64,000 nt of DNA from Dehalococcoidia bacterium (GTDB lineage: Bacteria; Chloroflexota; Dehalococcoidia; SM23-28-2; RBG-16-64-32), in the NCBI GenBank assembly GCA_963665775.2, contig CAXXTF010000002.1, positions 1,344,001-1,408,000 on the forward strand, written 5' to 3'. Below, one piece after another: positions 9,204 to 19,246 of this stretch. Each line of letters opens with the position of its first letter. Within the stretch, counting starts at the first letter, position 1. The notes beneath the pieces are model-generated. The model did not search any database and had not been told where the DNA came from. It saw only the letters and a program-made list of their open reading frames with translations. Position numbers and translations under genes: made by a program.

Positions 9204-9293
9204 GGATTACTCGCTCCACTCAGAATGACAGCCGCACGGCCCGTCACCCTGAGCCCTTCGGCTACGCTCAGGATAAACTCCGTGAACGGTCTC
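9204..9293. repeat. Cluster of degenerate REP-like palindromes
   Basis: Minus strand TGTCATTCTGAGTGGAGCGAGTAATCC (9230-9204); plus strand GTCACCCTGAGC-CCTTCGGCTACGCTCAGGATAAAC, sharing CCTGAGC / CCTTCG..GCTCAGG words with the copies at 42955 and 46890. Confidence 0.6.
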
Positions 9294-9370
9294 TAATCCG
9301 GGAGGCGCCTCGGGTCGTGAGGCCGCGTCGCCGCCGGCGCCTACCGATACCTATCGCGGCCGATCCGGGG

Positions 9371-9399
9371 TTGCCGGCGGCGACGTTGGCCGCTAGTAT
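9371..9399 (+). promoter_or_regulatory. Promoter of TetR-men operon
   Basis: TTGCCG-17 nt-TAGTAT. Confidence 0.6.
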
Positions 9400-9401
9400 G
9401 G

Positions 9402-9427
9402 AAACCAACCGACGCGTCGGTTGGTTT
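9402..9427. promoter_or_regulatory. Putative TetR operator
   Basis: Perfect 26-bp palindrome AAACCAACCGACGCGTCGGTTGGTTT between -10 box and ATG. Confidence 0.75.
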
Positions 9428-9432
9428 TGAGC

Positions 9433-10056
9433 ATGACGACACAGCAACCTCGGGCCCAGGAACGGCGACATCGCATTCTGGACGCGGCCCTGCGCACCTT
9501 CTCCCGCAGAGGATATCGTGACACTAGCGTGGATGAGATCGCAGAGGGGTCCCGCACCTCCAAGGGCGGCGTCTACTTCCACTTCCCCAATAAGGAGGCG
9601 ATCTTCCTCGCCCTCCTCAACAGATCCACAGCCCACCTGTTGGAGAGGATCGAGACGGCGATGGCCGCCCAGGAGGACCCCATCGCCAAGGCCGACGCCG
9701 CCCTGCTCACCGTTCTCCGCACCTTCGCCAATCACCGCGCCCTCGCCCGCTTATTCATGCTGGAGGCCCTGGGGGCCGGCCGCGACTTTCACCAACGCAT
9801 GTCGGAGATCCGCAGCGAGTTCGCCGCAATCATCCAGAGGCAGCTGGACGACGCAGTCCGGCAGGGCATCCTCCAGCCTCTCGACACGGAGGTCGCCGGC
9901 CGCGCCTGGTTCGGGGCTCTGGCCGAGATCACAACGAACTGGGTCTTCTCCGGCCAGCCGGAACGACTGGAGGACGCCTTCACCGCCCTCAGGCCGCTCC
10001 TGATGCGAAGCGTGGGGCTCACCAGCAACTCTCATCTCGAGATTCGACAGCGATGA
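9433..10056 (+). CDS. TetR/AcrR family regulator
   Basis: ILDAALRTFSRRGYRDTSVDEIA...SKGGVYFHFPNKEAIF HTH. Confidence 0.93.
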   Translation: MTTQQPRAQERRHRILDAALRTFSRRGYRDTSVDEIAEGSRTSKGGVYFHFPNKEAIFLALLNRSTAHLLERIETAMAAQEDPIAKADAALLTVLRTFANHRALARLFMLEALGAGRDFHQRMSEIRSEFAAIIQRQLDDAVRQGILQPLDTEVAGRAWFGALAEITTNWVFSGQPERLEDAFTALRPLLMRSVGLTSNSHLEIRQR

Positions 10057-11471
10057 GCACGCCCGATCTGTACACGGCCCTGGCGGAGAGGCTGCGCCCC
10101 CTTATGGAGAGAGGCCTGAGCGAGGCCTCACGCCGCGGCGAGTCGATCCTCGTCAGCACGGCGGCGGCGATACCATCTAACGACCCGATACGCCTGTTCC
10201 AGCGAGCCGAGGCGCAGGAGCGGGCACTGTGGGAGCAGCCCAGCGAGGGGTTCTCCATGGTGGCCGTGGGCGCGGCGGCGCGGCTGACCGGGAGCGGAGG
10301 CAACCCGTTCCCGGATGTGACCGCCGCCTGGCGCCGTCTCACCTCGGACGCCCTGATAGAGTCCGGGGACGGCCTCCCCCTCGCCTTGCCTATCGGCCTG
10401 GGCGGCTTCGCCTTCGACCCCGTTCGCCCACGCGACCCCTGCTGGAAGGAGTTCTCGGACGCCCTCCTCATCGTTCCCCGGCTCCTTTTCGTCTCCCACC
10501 GCGGCTCCTCCTGGCTCAGCATCAGCCTCATGGCGACCCCCGGCGACGACGCCATCGCCGCCTCCGAGGGCGCCGTGGCCGAGCTCCGCCGCCTCCTATC
10601 CCACCGCGACACTGAAGAGAGGCGAAATCCATCCGCAGGCGACCCGACGCTGGAAGAGGAGGTCACGCCGCAAGCCTGGAGGGGTGCGGTAAGCCAGATC
10701 CTGCGGAACATCCACCAGGGCGATATGGAGAAGGCGGTGCTGGGTCGCAGGCTGCGCCTCCGCAGTGCGGCGCCGCTGGACCCCGGCCCGGTCCTGGACC
10801 GGCTCCGCCCCGCTTACAGCAGCTGCACTATCTTCGCCTTCACCCTCGGCGCCAGCACTTTCCTGGGAGCGACCCCCGAACGACTGATCCGGCTGCATGG
10901 GCAGAGCGTGCGCGCCGACTGCCTGGCCGGATCGACGGCCCGAGGGGCCAGCGAGCAGGAGGACCGATCGCTGGGGGCGGCGCTCCTGGCAGACGCCAAG
11001 GAGCGGCATGAGCACGCCCTGGTGGTCCGCGCCGCCCGCGACACGCTGGGGCCCCTCTGCTCGCAGCTCAGCCTGCCAGAGACGCCGGCCGTCCTGCGGG
11101 TGCCCACCGTCCAACACCTGCACACGCCCGTGGAGGGCCTGTTGCGTGGCCAGACCCACATCCTCGATCTGGTGGAACAGCTCCACCCCACGCCGGCCTC
11201 CGGCGGCCTCCCGCGCGAGGCTGCCCTGCCCCTCATCCGGGGGCACGAAGCCTTCGATCGGGGGTGGTACGCCGGCCCCGTGGGCTGGGTAGACGGGAGC
11301 GGCGGCGGCGAGTTCGTGGTCGCGATCCGATCCGCCCTGCTACACGAGCGTGAAGCCCTGCTCTACGCCGGCTGCGGCATCGTGGCCGGCTCCAACCCCG
11401 ACCACGAGTACCAGGAATCCTGCCTGAAGCTGCGAGCGATGCTATGGGCGCTGAACGGCAAGCGGACGTAG
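10053..11471 (+). CDS. menF: Isochorismate synthase
   Basis: KAVLGR, FLGATPERL, LAGS, KERHEH, QHLHT, LHPTPA, RGWYAG, AIRSA, YAGCGIV; men context. Confidence 0.9.
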   Translation: MSTPDLYTALAERLRPLMERGLSEASRRGESILVSTAAAIPSNDPIRLFQRAEAQERALWEQPSEGFSMVAVGAAARLTGSGGNPFPDVTAAWRRLTSDALIESGDGLPLALPIGLGGFAFDPVRPRDPCWKEFSDALLIVPRLLFVSHRGSSWLSISLMATPGDDAIAASEGAVAELRRLLSHRDTEERRNPSAGDPTLEEEVTPQAWRGAVSQILRNIHQGDMEKAVLGRRLRLRSAAPLDPGPVLDRLRPAYSSCTIFAFTLGASTFLGATPERLIRLHGQSVRADCLAGSTARGASEQEDRSLGAALLADAKERHEHALVVRAARDTLGPLCSQLSLPETPAVLRVPTVQHLHTPVEGLLRGQTHILDLVEQLHPTPASGGLPREAALPLIRGHEAFDRGWYAGPVGWVDGSGGGEFVVAIRSALLHEREALLYAGCGIVAGSNPDHEYQESCLKLRAMLWALNGKRT

Positions 11472-13246
11472 CGCCGGGCCAGCTCCTCCAGCAGTTCGTC
11501 GGCGCTTTCGTCAACGAGCTCGTGCACTCGGGGGTGACGCACGTCTGCCTCTGCCCTGGCTCCCGCTCCACACCCCTCGCCCTCCTCCTGCGCCGGCACC
11601 CAGCCATCCGGGTGTGGAGCCACCTGGATGAGCGCTCGGCCGCTTACTTCGCCCTCGGGATGGCCAAGGCGCTGCGGCAGCCGGTAGCCCTGGTCTCGAC
11701 ATCGGGCACCGCGGCGGTCAACTTCGCGCCGGCGGTGGTAGAGGCGCGATACTCGCGCGTCCCCCTGCTGGTGCTCACGGCGGACCGCCCGCCGGAGCTG
11801 CGAGAAGTCGGCGCCAACCAGACGATCGACCAGACACACCTGTACGGGCGGCACGCCAAGTGGTTCGCGGAGATGCTCCTGCCAGAGACCTCGGAGGCAG
11901 CGATACGCTACGCCCGTACGATGGCCTGCCGGGCGGTGGCCACTGCCCGCTCCAGCCCCCCCGGCCCCGTCCACATTAACTTCCCCTTCCGCGAGCCCCT
12001 GATACCGGCGATACCGGCGACAGGGAGCACCGACGACGCCGAGACCGACGGCCAGACCCCTTTCGTCGCCGTCCAGCAGGCACCGCGACGGCCGGCCCCG
12101 GCCGACCTCACTGCGCTGGCGGTGGCACTGCGGGCCGCCCGCCGGGGGCTCATCGTCTGCGGGCCGCAGGATGATCCGGCTCTCCCCGAAGCGGTGGCAG
12201 GGCTGGCCGAGGAGCTGAACTTCCCGCTTCTGGCGGACCCCCTATCCCAGGTGCGCTGCGGCCCTCATCATGGCCCCCGCGTTATCGACAACTACGACGC
12301 CTTCCTGCGAGACGAGGCTACAGCCCAGTCCCTGGCGCCCGACCTGGTGTTGCGGTTCGGCGCCACGCCCGTCTCCCGAGCCCTCCTGCTCTACCTCGAA
12401 CGCAACCCTCTGGCCCGCCAGGTCGTCGCCGGCGAGGGCGGCTGGAACGATCCGGCGCTCGTCGCCAGCCAGCTAATCGACGCCGACCCACCTTCCCTGT
12501 GCCAGGCCCTCCTGGAGGCCCTCCGCTTGGAAGGCCCGCGCCCACCTGCGTCCGATTGGCCTCTACACTGGCAGCGGACGGCCGGACAGACCCGCGCCGC
12601 CCTCCAGGGCTGCCTCGCGGCCCAGCCAGGCCTGTCGGAGCCAGCCGTCATCCTCGATCTCGCGGAGACGCTGCCGGCAGGGGCTACCCTCTTTGCCGGC
12701 AACAGCATGCCGGTGCGGGACCTGGACACCCTCTTCCCCGGCGGAGACCGCCCGCTCCGCTTCCTGGCCAATCGGGGCGCCAGCGGCATCGACGGCGTGG
12801 TCTCGACGGCGCTAGGGGCGAGCGCCGTCAGCCCAGAGCCCCTGGTGCTGGTCATCGGCGATATCTCCTTCTACCACGACATGAACGGGCTGCTGGCTGC
12901 CAAGCGGTACGGCCTCAACGCCACCATCGTCCTGCTACACAACGACGGCGGCGGCGTCTTCTCCCTGCTGCCGCCGGCCGACGACCCTGAGCACTTCGAG
13001 GAGCTGTTCGGCACCCCTCACGGCCTCGACTTCCGACCCGTGGCCGAGATGTACGGCCTCACCTACCGGCAGGTCCAGGGCCGCCAGGAGTTCCGCGCCG
13101 CGGCACGGGAATCGATCTCCGCCGCCGGGACCACTATCATCGAGCTGCGCACGGACCGGGCGGCCAACGCCCGCCTGCACCGCGACCTATGGGAGGCGAC
13201 CTCCTCTGCCGTCCGAGAACCCGCCGCCCGGGGGACAGGGCGGTGA
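11444..13246 (+). CDS. menD: SEPHCHC synthase
   Basis: CPGSRSTPL, DERSAAYFALG, TSGTA, TADRPPEL, ANRGASGIDG, GDISFYHDMNGL. Confidence 0.96.
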   Translation: MGAERQADVAPGQLLQQFVGAFVNELVHSGVTHVCLCPGSRSTPLALLLRRHPAIRVWSHLDERSAAYFALGMAKALRQPVALVSTSGTAAVNFAPAVVEARYSRVPLLVLTADRPPELREVGANQTIDQTHLYGRHAKWFAEMLLPETSEAAIRYARTMACRAVATARSSPPGPVHINFPFREPLIPAIPATGSTDDAETDGQTPFVAVQQAPRRPAPADLTALAVALRAARRGLIVCGPQDDPALPEAVAGLAEELNFPLLADPLSQVRCGPHHGPRVIDNYDAFLRDEATAQSLAPDLVLRFGATPVSRALLLYLERNPLARQVVAGEGGWNDPALVASQLIDADPPSLCQALLEALRLEGPRPPASDWPLHWQRTAGQTRAALQGCLAAQPGLSEPAVILDLAETLPAGATLFAGNSMPVRDLDTLFPGGDRPLRFLANRGASGIDGVVSTALGASAVSPEPLVLVIGDISFYHDMNGLLAAKRYGLNATIVLLHNDGGGVFSLLPPADDPEHFEELFGTPHGLDFRPVAEMYGLTYRQVQGRQEFRAAARESISAAGTTIIELRTDRAANARLHRDLWEATSSAVREPAARGTGR

Positions 13247-14115
13247 GCCGAATCGCTGTCAACGGCGTCCAGCTCAACGTGGAGGTACGGGGCGAGGGCC
13301 CGGCCCTGCTCCTGCTCCACGGCTTCACCGGCAGCGCTGCCACCTGGACACCCTTCCTGGACGCCTGGCAGGGGTTCACCACCATCGCCGTGGACCTCCT
13401 GGGGCACGGCACCTCGGACTCCCCGCCCCAGCCCGATCGCTACCGAATGGAGCGCTGCCTGGATGACCTCGTGACGCTCCTCGACCGACTAGGCTTAGGG
13501 CAGGCCGCCGTTCTAGGCTACTCGATGGGCGGACGCATCGCCCTGCGACTCGCCCTCCAGGCGCCGGCACAGCTCCGGGCCCTCGTCCTGGAGAGCACGT
13601 CGCCGGGGATAGACGACGCCACTGAGCGCGAGGCGCGCCTTCGCAGCGACGGCTCCCTGGCGGAGGCCGTCGAGCGGGACGGGATCGAGCCGTTCGTGGA
13701 GCGCTGGGAGGCGCAACCCCTCTTCGCCAGCCAGGCCCGGCTGCCACCCGCCCTACGGGATGGGTTGCGGCGGCAGCGGCTGGCCAACGACCCGCAGGGG
13801 CTGGCCCAAAGCCTGCGCGGCATTGGCGCCGGCCTCCAGGAGCCGGTGCTGAAGCGGCTGGGCGCACTGCGGCTGCCGACGCTGCTGCTGGCCGGTGCCC
13901 TGGACGAGCGGTACAGCGGTCTGGCCCGGCGCCTGGCAGCGGCCCTGCCCGGCGCCCGCCTGGAGATCGTGGCCCAGGCCGGACACGCGATCCATCTGGA
14001 GCAGCCGCAGCGCTTTTCGAAGCTGGTTAGGGGTTTCCTGGGCGAACTCCTACAGGAGACCACAGAGAGGAAGGTGGATCATGCCGGTAGCCTGGCGACC
14101 GACAAAGAGCTATGA
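13243..14115 (+). CDS. menH: SHCHC synthase
   Basis: [35 protein letters not shown]; GTG start overlaps menD stop. Confidence 0.92.
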   Translation: MSRIAVNGVQLNVEVRGEGPALLLLHGFTGSAATWTPFLDAWQGFTTIAVDLLGHGTSDSPPQPDRYRMERCLDDLVTLLDRLGLGQAAVLGYSMGGRIALRLALQAPAQLRALVLESTSPGIDDATEREARLRSDGSLAEAVERDGIEPFVERWEAQPLFASQARLPPALRDGLRRQRLANDPQGLAQSLRGIGAGLQEPVLKRLGALRLPTLLLAGALDERYSGLARRLAAALPGARLEIVAQAGHAIHLEQPQRFSKLVRGFLGELLQETTERKVDHAGSLATDKEL

Positions 14116-14899
14116 GGACATCATCTACGAGCAGGCGGAGGGGATAGCGAAGATCACCATCAACCGGCCGCAGGTGAGGAACGCCTTTCGGCCCACGACG
14201 TTGTTCGAGATCCAGGACGCTCTGGCGGAGGCCAGGGAGAACAGCGATGTCGGCGTTGTGGTCCTGACGGGAGCCGGCGAGCAGGCGTTCTGCTCCGGCG
14301 GCGACCAGCGGGTCCGGGGCGACGGGGGATACGTGGGCGAGGACAGGGTGCCCCGGCTCAACGCCCTGGACGTACAGCGCCAGATCCGCTACCTGCCCAA
14401 GCCGGTCATCGCTATGGTGGCGGGATACTGCATCGGTGGCGGCAACGTCCTGGCCCTGGTCTGCGACCTCACCATCGCGGCCGATAACGCCATCTTCGGA
14501 CAGACCGGACCCAGGGTCGGCAGCTTCGACGCCGGCTACGGGGCGACCATCATGGCCCGCATCGTCGGCCACAAGAAGGCACGCGAGATCTGGTACCTCT
14601 GCCGGCAGTATACGGCCCAGGAAGCGCTGGCGATGGGGCTGGTCAACGCCGTCGTCCCCCTGGCGCAGCTGGAGGAGGAGACGGTGCGCTGGGCCCAGGA
14701 GATCCTGGAGAAGAGCCCCATCGCCATCCGGGTGCTGAAGGCGGCCTTCAACGCCGATACCGACGGCCTGGCCGGCCTCCAGCAGCTGGCCGGAGACGCG
14801 ACGATGCTGTTCTACATGACGGACGAGGCCAAAGAGGGCCGCGACTCCTTCCTGGAGAAGCGCAAGCCGGACTTCTCCCGGTTCCCGCGTCTCCCCTGA
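14081..14899 (+). CDS. menB: 1,4-dihydroxy-2-naphthoyl-CoA synthase
   Basis: [45 protein letters not shown]. Confidence 0.97.
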   Translation: MPVAWRPTKSYEDIIYEQAEGIAKITINRPQVRNAFRPTTLFEIQDALAEARENSDVGVVVLTGAGEQAFCSGGDQRVRGDGGYVGEDRVPRLNALDVQRQIRYLPKPVIAMVAGYCIGGGNVLALVCDLTIAADNAIFGQTGPRVGSFDAGYGATIMARIVGHKKAREIWYLCRQYTAQEALAMGLVNAVVPLAQLEEETVRWAQEILEKSPIAIRVLKAAFNADTDGLAGLQQLAGDATMLFYMTDEAKEGRDSFLEKRKPDFSRFPRLP

Positions 14900-14909
14900 G
14901 GACGAACGA

Positions 14910-15809
14910 GTGATCGATAGCCAGCTCTCCTCCTCGATCGGCCCCTGGGCGAAATGGCTCCTGGCCATCCGGCCTGCCACCCTGTCAGCAGCGGTGGCCC
15001 CCGTGCTCGTCGGCACCGCCGCCGCGACCAACGAGCGGTTCCGCCTGGAGCTCTTCGTGGCTACCCTGACCGCCGCCCTACTCATCCAGATCGGCACCAA
15101 CCTGACCAACGACCTGTTCGACTACCAGCGGGGAGCGGACAGGCCGGACCGGCTGGGGCCCCCGCGGGTCACCCAGAGCGGCCTCATAACCCAGACTCAG
15201 GTGCGGAACGCCGCCTACCTCGCCTTCGGTGCGGCGGCCGCCATTGGCCTCTACCTCGTGTACGAGGGCGGCTGGCCCATCCTAGCTATAGGCATCGCCT
15301 GCCTCGTCGCCGCCGTCGCCTACACCGGGGGACCCTGGCCCCTGGGCTACCACTCCCTGGGCGAGGCGGCCTGCTTCCTCACCTTCGGCCTCGCCGCTGT
15401 CATCGGCACCTACTACCTTCAGGCCGAGGAGGTCCGCCTGGTGGCCATAGTGGCCGCCCTGCCCGTGGGGCTGTTGGTAACGGCTATACTCGTCGTCAAC
15501 AACCTGCGGGATATCGAGACCGATCGCAACGCTAGCAAGGTGACCCTGGCGGTACGGCTGGGGGCCAAGGCCACCCGCCTGGAGTACGTCTCCTTCGTCC
15601 TGGGCCCATACGCCCTGCTGCCGCTCTTGCTGCTGGCGGACGTGGAGGCCTGGTCCCTGCTCCCCTGGCTGACCCTGCCCCTAGCGCTCCGCCTCAGCCG
15701 AACGGTGCTGTCCGGCAGCGACGGACGCGCCCTCAACCCCGTCCTCAAACGGACGGCCCAGCTCCACCTCGCCTTCGGCTCCCTGCTGGCCGTGGGGCTG
15801 CTGCTATGA
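14910..15809 (+). CDS. menA: DHNA prenyltransferase
   Basis: AIRPATL, NLTNDLFDY, YTGGP, NNLRDIETD, KVTLAVRLG. Confidence 0.94.
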   Translation: MIDSQLSSSIGPWAKWLLAIRPATLSAAVAPVLVGTAAATNERFRLELFVATLTAALLIQIGTNLTNDLFDYQRGADRPDRLGPPRVTQSGLITQTQVRNAAYLAFGAAAAIGLYLVYEGGWPILAIGIACLVAAVAYTGGPWPLGYHSLGEAACFLTFGLAAVIGTYYLQAEEVRLVAIVAALPVGLLVTAILVVNNLRDIETDRNASKVTLAVRLGAKATRLEYVSFVLGPYALLPLLLLADVEAWSLLPWLTLPLALRLSRTVLSGSDGRALNPVLKRTAQLHLAFGSLLAVGLLL

Positions 15810-16906
15810 AGGTGATCGGGCTCACCTGGACGGCCTTCCGGCTACCGTTCCGAGAGGCCTTTCACACGGCCGGCGGTAGCTTAACGCAGCGCCAGGGGCT
15901 GCTCCTACGCCTGGCCACCGATGCCGGCTTCGAGGGGCTAGGGGAGGCATCGCCTCATCCGGCGCTGGGCCCGCTGGCCCTACGGGATGTCCAGGAGGCG
16001 CTGGAGCGCCTGGGGCCACGCCTCCTGGAGACGGAGGTGGCCGATATCGAGTCCCTCAACGTGGACATCCCACCGGCGCTCGCCTGCGCCCTGGATGTCG
16101 CCGCCTGCGACGCCCTAGCACGGGCCCGAGGCATCGGCATCGCCCGCCTCCTGAGCGAACAGCTCCAGCCTACCGTGCCCGTGAACGCCCTCATCGGCGC
16201 CGAGACCGTCGCTCAAGCGGCGTTCGAGGCAGCCGCCGCCCGCAGGAACGGCTTTCGCTGCGTCAAGCTCAAGGTGGGCACGGCCATGACCCCAACCGCC
16301 GAGGCGGAGCGGGTCGCCGCCGTGCGCCGGGCGCTGGGGCCGCACATCGAGCTACGGTTGGACGCCAACGGCGCCTGGGGCCCGGAGCAGGCGATCGTCA
16401 CGATCAGAGCCCTGGCCGGATTCGACCTGGAACTGATTGAGCAGCCGGTGGCGGCCGCCGACCTCGATGGGCTGGCCCGCCTGCGGGCGGCGGTGAACGT
16501 CCCCATCGCCGCCGACGAAGCCGTGGCAAGCCTGGAGGCGGCCCGGCGAGTCCTGGAGACGGATGCCGCCGATGTTCTGGTGGTCAAGCCGATGGTGGTG
16601 GGAGGGCTTCGCCCCGCCCGTCGCATCATCGAGCTGGCCGCGGCGGCCGGCGCGGAGGCGATTGTGACCACCACCATCGATTCGGGAGTGGGGACAGCCG
16701 CCGCCCTCCATCTGGCGGCCACGCTGCCCCCCGGCTCCCGGGCCTGCGGACTGGCCACCGGCACCCTCCTGGCCGGGGATCTGGTGAGGAACCCGCCCCT
16801 AACGCGGGCCGGAGAGATGGATCTGCCGGACGGACCTGGCCTGGGCGTCGACCTGGACGACGAGCTCCTCGCTCGGTTCACCGTCAAACAGGGGGCGCTG
16901 GCGTGA
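15806..16906 (+). CDS. menC: o-succinylbenzoate synthase
   Basis: Enolase superfamily KLKVG, RLDANGAW, EQP, AADE, VKP; men context. Confidence 0.9.
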   Translation: MKVIGLTWTAFRLPFREAFHTAGGSLTQRQGLLLRLATDAGFEGLGEASPHPALGPLALRDVQEALERLGPRLLETEVADIESLNVDIPPALACALDVAACDALARARGIGIARLLSEQLQPTVPVNALIGAETVAQAAFEAAAARRNGFRCVKLKVGTAMTPTAEAERVAAVRRALGPHIELRLDANGAWGPEQAIVTIRALAGFDLELIEQPVAAADLDGLARLRAAVNVPIAADEAVASLEAARRVLETDAADVLVVKPMVVGGLRPARRIIELAAAAGAEAIVTTTIDSGVGTAAALHLAATLPPGSRACGLATGTLLAGDLVRNPPLTRAGEMDLPDGPGLGVDLDDELLARFTVKQGALA

Positions 16907-18423
16907 CGGTCGGCTCCGGCGGCCTCGACAGCCCTATCCCCGAGTGGCTGGGGCAGCGCGCCCTGCTCTCGCCGCAGCGACTGGCCCTCATCTTCGGGGC
17001 CGAGCGCTGGACCTTCGCCGAGCTGAACCAGCGCGTGGCGGCGGCGGCCCGCTCCCTCGCCGGCCTGGGCATCGAGCCGGGCCACCGGGCGGCCCTACTC
17101 GTGCCTAACACGCCTCGCTTCGTGGAGATGGTGCATGCCATCCCTCGCCTCGGTGCGGTTGCCGTCCCCCTTAACACGCGGCTAACCGCGCCCGAGCTCC
17201 GCTGGCAGATGGAGGACGTGAGCGCGACCGCCCTTCTGTACGACGACCGCCACGGCGAGACGGCGCTGGCGCTGGCTGACGCCCTGCCCGGTCCGCTCAC
17301 GGTATCCCTCTCAGAGCTGGCTCCAGGGGTGGAGGCGCTGCCACCCGAGTCGCGCCCGGCGCCCATCGATTTGTCAGCCGTCCACACCATCATCTACACC
17401 TCCGGCACCAGCGGGCGGCCCAAAGGGGCGATGCTCACCTTCGGCAACCACCTCTGGAGCGCGGTGGGCTCGGCCCTCAACCTGGGCCTGCACAGCGACG
17501 ACCGCTGGCTGGCCTGCCTGCCCCTCTTCCACGTGGGCGGCCTGTCCATCCTCCTGCGTAGCGTCATCTACGGCATCCCCGTACTCCTCCAGAACGAGTT
17601 CGATCCAGCGGCGGTAAACCGGGCCATCGACGACGAGGGCGTCACCATCGTGTCGGTGGTGGCGAACATGCTCCAACGGATGCTGGAGGCCAGGGGAGAT
17701 CGCCCGTATCCGCCGACGCTCCGCTGCGCGCTGCTGGGGGGCGGTCCGGCGCCCAGGCCCCTCCTGGAGGAGTGCGCCCGGAGGCAGGTGCCCGTGGTCC
17801 AGACCTACGGCCTCACCGAAGCGGCCTCCCAGGTGGCGACCCTGGCGCCGGAGGATGCCCTGCGCAAGCTGGGCTCAGCCGGCAAGCCGCTCCTACCCAC
17901 GGAACTGCGCATCGTCGGTGACGACGACGGGCCCCTTCCCCCCGAAGAGGCGGGCGAGATCGTGCTCCGGGGGCCCACCGTTACACCCGGCTACTTCAAC
18001 CGACCAGAGGAGACAGAGCGCAAGCTGCGCGACGGCTGGCTGCACACCGGCGACATCGGCTACCTGGACGGGGAGGGCTACCTGCACGTGCTGGACCGGA
18101 GCGACGACCTCATCGTCTCCGGCGGCGAGAACGTCTACCCAGCCGAGATCGAAGAGGTGCTCCGCTCTCATCCTGATGTCCTCGACGCGGCTACGATAGG
18201 GTTACCGGACGATCGTTGGGGCCAGATGGTGGTCGCCATCGTGAGCCTCCGGGAGGAAGCGACGGTAGGGCAGGAGGAGCTGCTCCAGTTCTGCCGAGAG
18301 AGGATCGCTCCCTACAAGCTACCCAAGCGAGTGCGGTTCGCCCAGGCGCTGCCCCGCAACGCGGCCGGCAAGCTCCTGCGGCAGGCCCTACGTGAGGAGT
18401 GGCTAGGAGAGACCGCCTCCTGA
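16903..18423 (+). CDS. menE: o-succinylbenzoate-CoA ligase
   Basis: YTSGTSGRPKG, LPLFHVGG, LLGGG, YGLTE, TGDIG, SGGENVYP, GK. Confidence 0.94.
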   Translation: MTVGSGGLDSPIPEWLGQRALLSPQRLALIFGAERWTFAELNQRVAAAARSLAGLGIEPGHRAALLVPNTPRFVEMVHAIPRLGAVAVPLNTRLTAPELRWQMEDVSATALLYDDRHGETALALADALPGPLTVSLSELAPGVEALPPESRPAPIDLSAVHTIIYTSGTSGRPKGAMLTFGNHLWSAVGSALNLGLHSDDRWLACLPLFHVGGLSILLRSVIYGIPVLLQNEFDPAAVNRAIDDEGVTIVSVVANMLQRMLEARGDRPYPPTLRCALLGGGPAPRPLLEECARRQVPVVQTYGLTEAASQVATLAPEDALRKLGSAGKPLLPTELRIVGDDDGPLPPEEAGEIVLRGPTVTPGYFNRPEETERKLRDGWLHTGDIGYLDGEGYLHVLDRSDDLIVSGGENVYPAEIEEVLRSHPDVLDAATIGLPDDRWGQMVVAIVSLREEATVGQEELLQFCRERIAPYKLPKRVRFAQALPRNAAGKLLRQALREEWLGETAS

Positions 18424-18544
18424 GGCCGCGGCTCCTTCTCCCGGTACCGCCTGGCATGGCCCCAGGACACAACCGGCAGCCGGTATAGAGGAGGACAAAT
18501 CCGGCCACCGACCCTCGCTCGTAAGCGAGAACAGGAGGAGAAGC

Positions 18545-18946
18545 ATGGCATTTCGGGACGCCGGTTACGACGACGAGGGGTTCTGGGAGCAGGTGAACTC
18601 GGAGAACCCAACGTTCCTCGGCTTCTGGACACATACCTGAGGTAGCTGCCAAGTAATGGCCCCCGTGTTTGGGCGCCTCGCGAAGCACTACCGAAAGCGC
18701 ATCGAGTTCATAGCCGTAAACGCCTATGACCGCCCCGATATCGCCAAGCAGTTCGGCGTGAAGGGCACACCAACCTTCATCCTGACCCGTAAGGGGAAAT
18801 CCCTGCGCCACTTCTACGGCAACATCCCCGAGCCCTTGCTCAAGCAGCACCTGGCCTCATACGCCCCGCCCGCGCCGGTGGGCGAGCCGGAGGAGACCGA
18901 GCCCAGCCTCTTCTCCCGCCTGCTGAAGGTATTCGGCCGGAATTAG
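18545..18946 (+). CDS. Thioredoxin-like selenoprotein (UxxC; in-frame TGA at 18638-18640)
   Basis: RBS AGGAGGAG then MAFRDAGYDDEGFWEQVNSENPTFLGFWTHT-U-GSCQVMAPVF...QFGVKGTPTFIL; ORF track shows only the part after the TGA. Confidence 0.85.
18658..18677 (+). promoter_or_regulatory. Candidate bacterial SECIS hairpin
   Basis: GGCCCCC-GTGTTT-GGGCGCC; apical loop begins with G about 24 nt after the UGA. Confidence 0.55.
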
Positions 18947-19246
18947 GCCACCGCCTTCACCAGGGCTGAGCCGGCGAGGTCAAGTGGCCGGCGGCGCCGT
19001 CGGCCTTCGTCCGAGACAGCGGCCTGACCCGCGCTCGTTGCTCAGAGCAACACTCCTACGCTAATATGCCCTCGTGAAGGCACGGCCGGGCCCACACCGG
19101 TGATCGGTCAAGTCGGCCCTGCCACTCTCTGCTGGCTCCCCTTATGACAGAGGCACCCCCTGACACATTCTCCAGTACCGACGCGTACACAGTGCTGACG
19201 GGCGCGGCAGGCCGCCTTCCGGGCTGCCGAAACAAGGCGTCCTGAG

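Noticed and set aside
18950-19246. ncRNA or leader peptide before the MFS gene
   Set aside because: No recognisable motif; the 33-codon ORF at 19144 has no telling codons or terminator; a possible eroded REP at about 19030-19052 is too weak.
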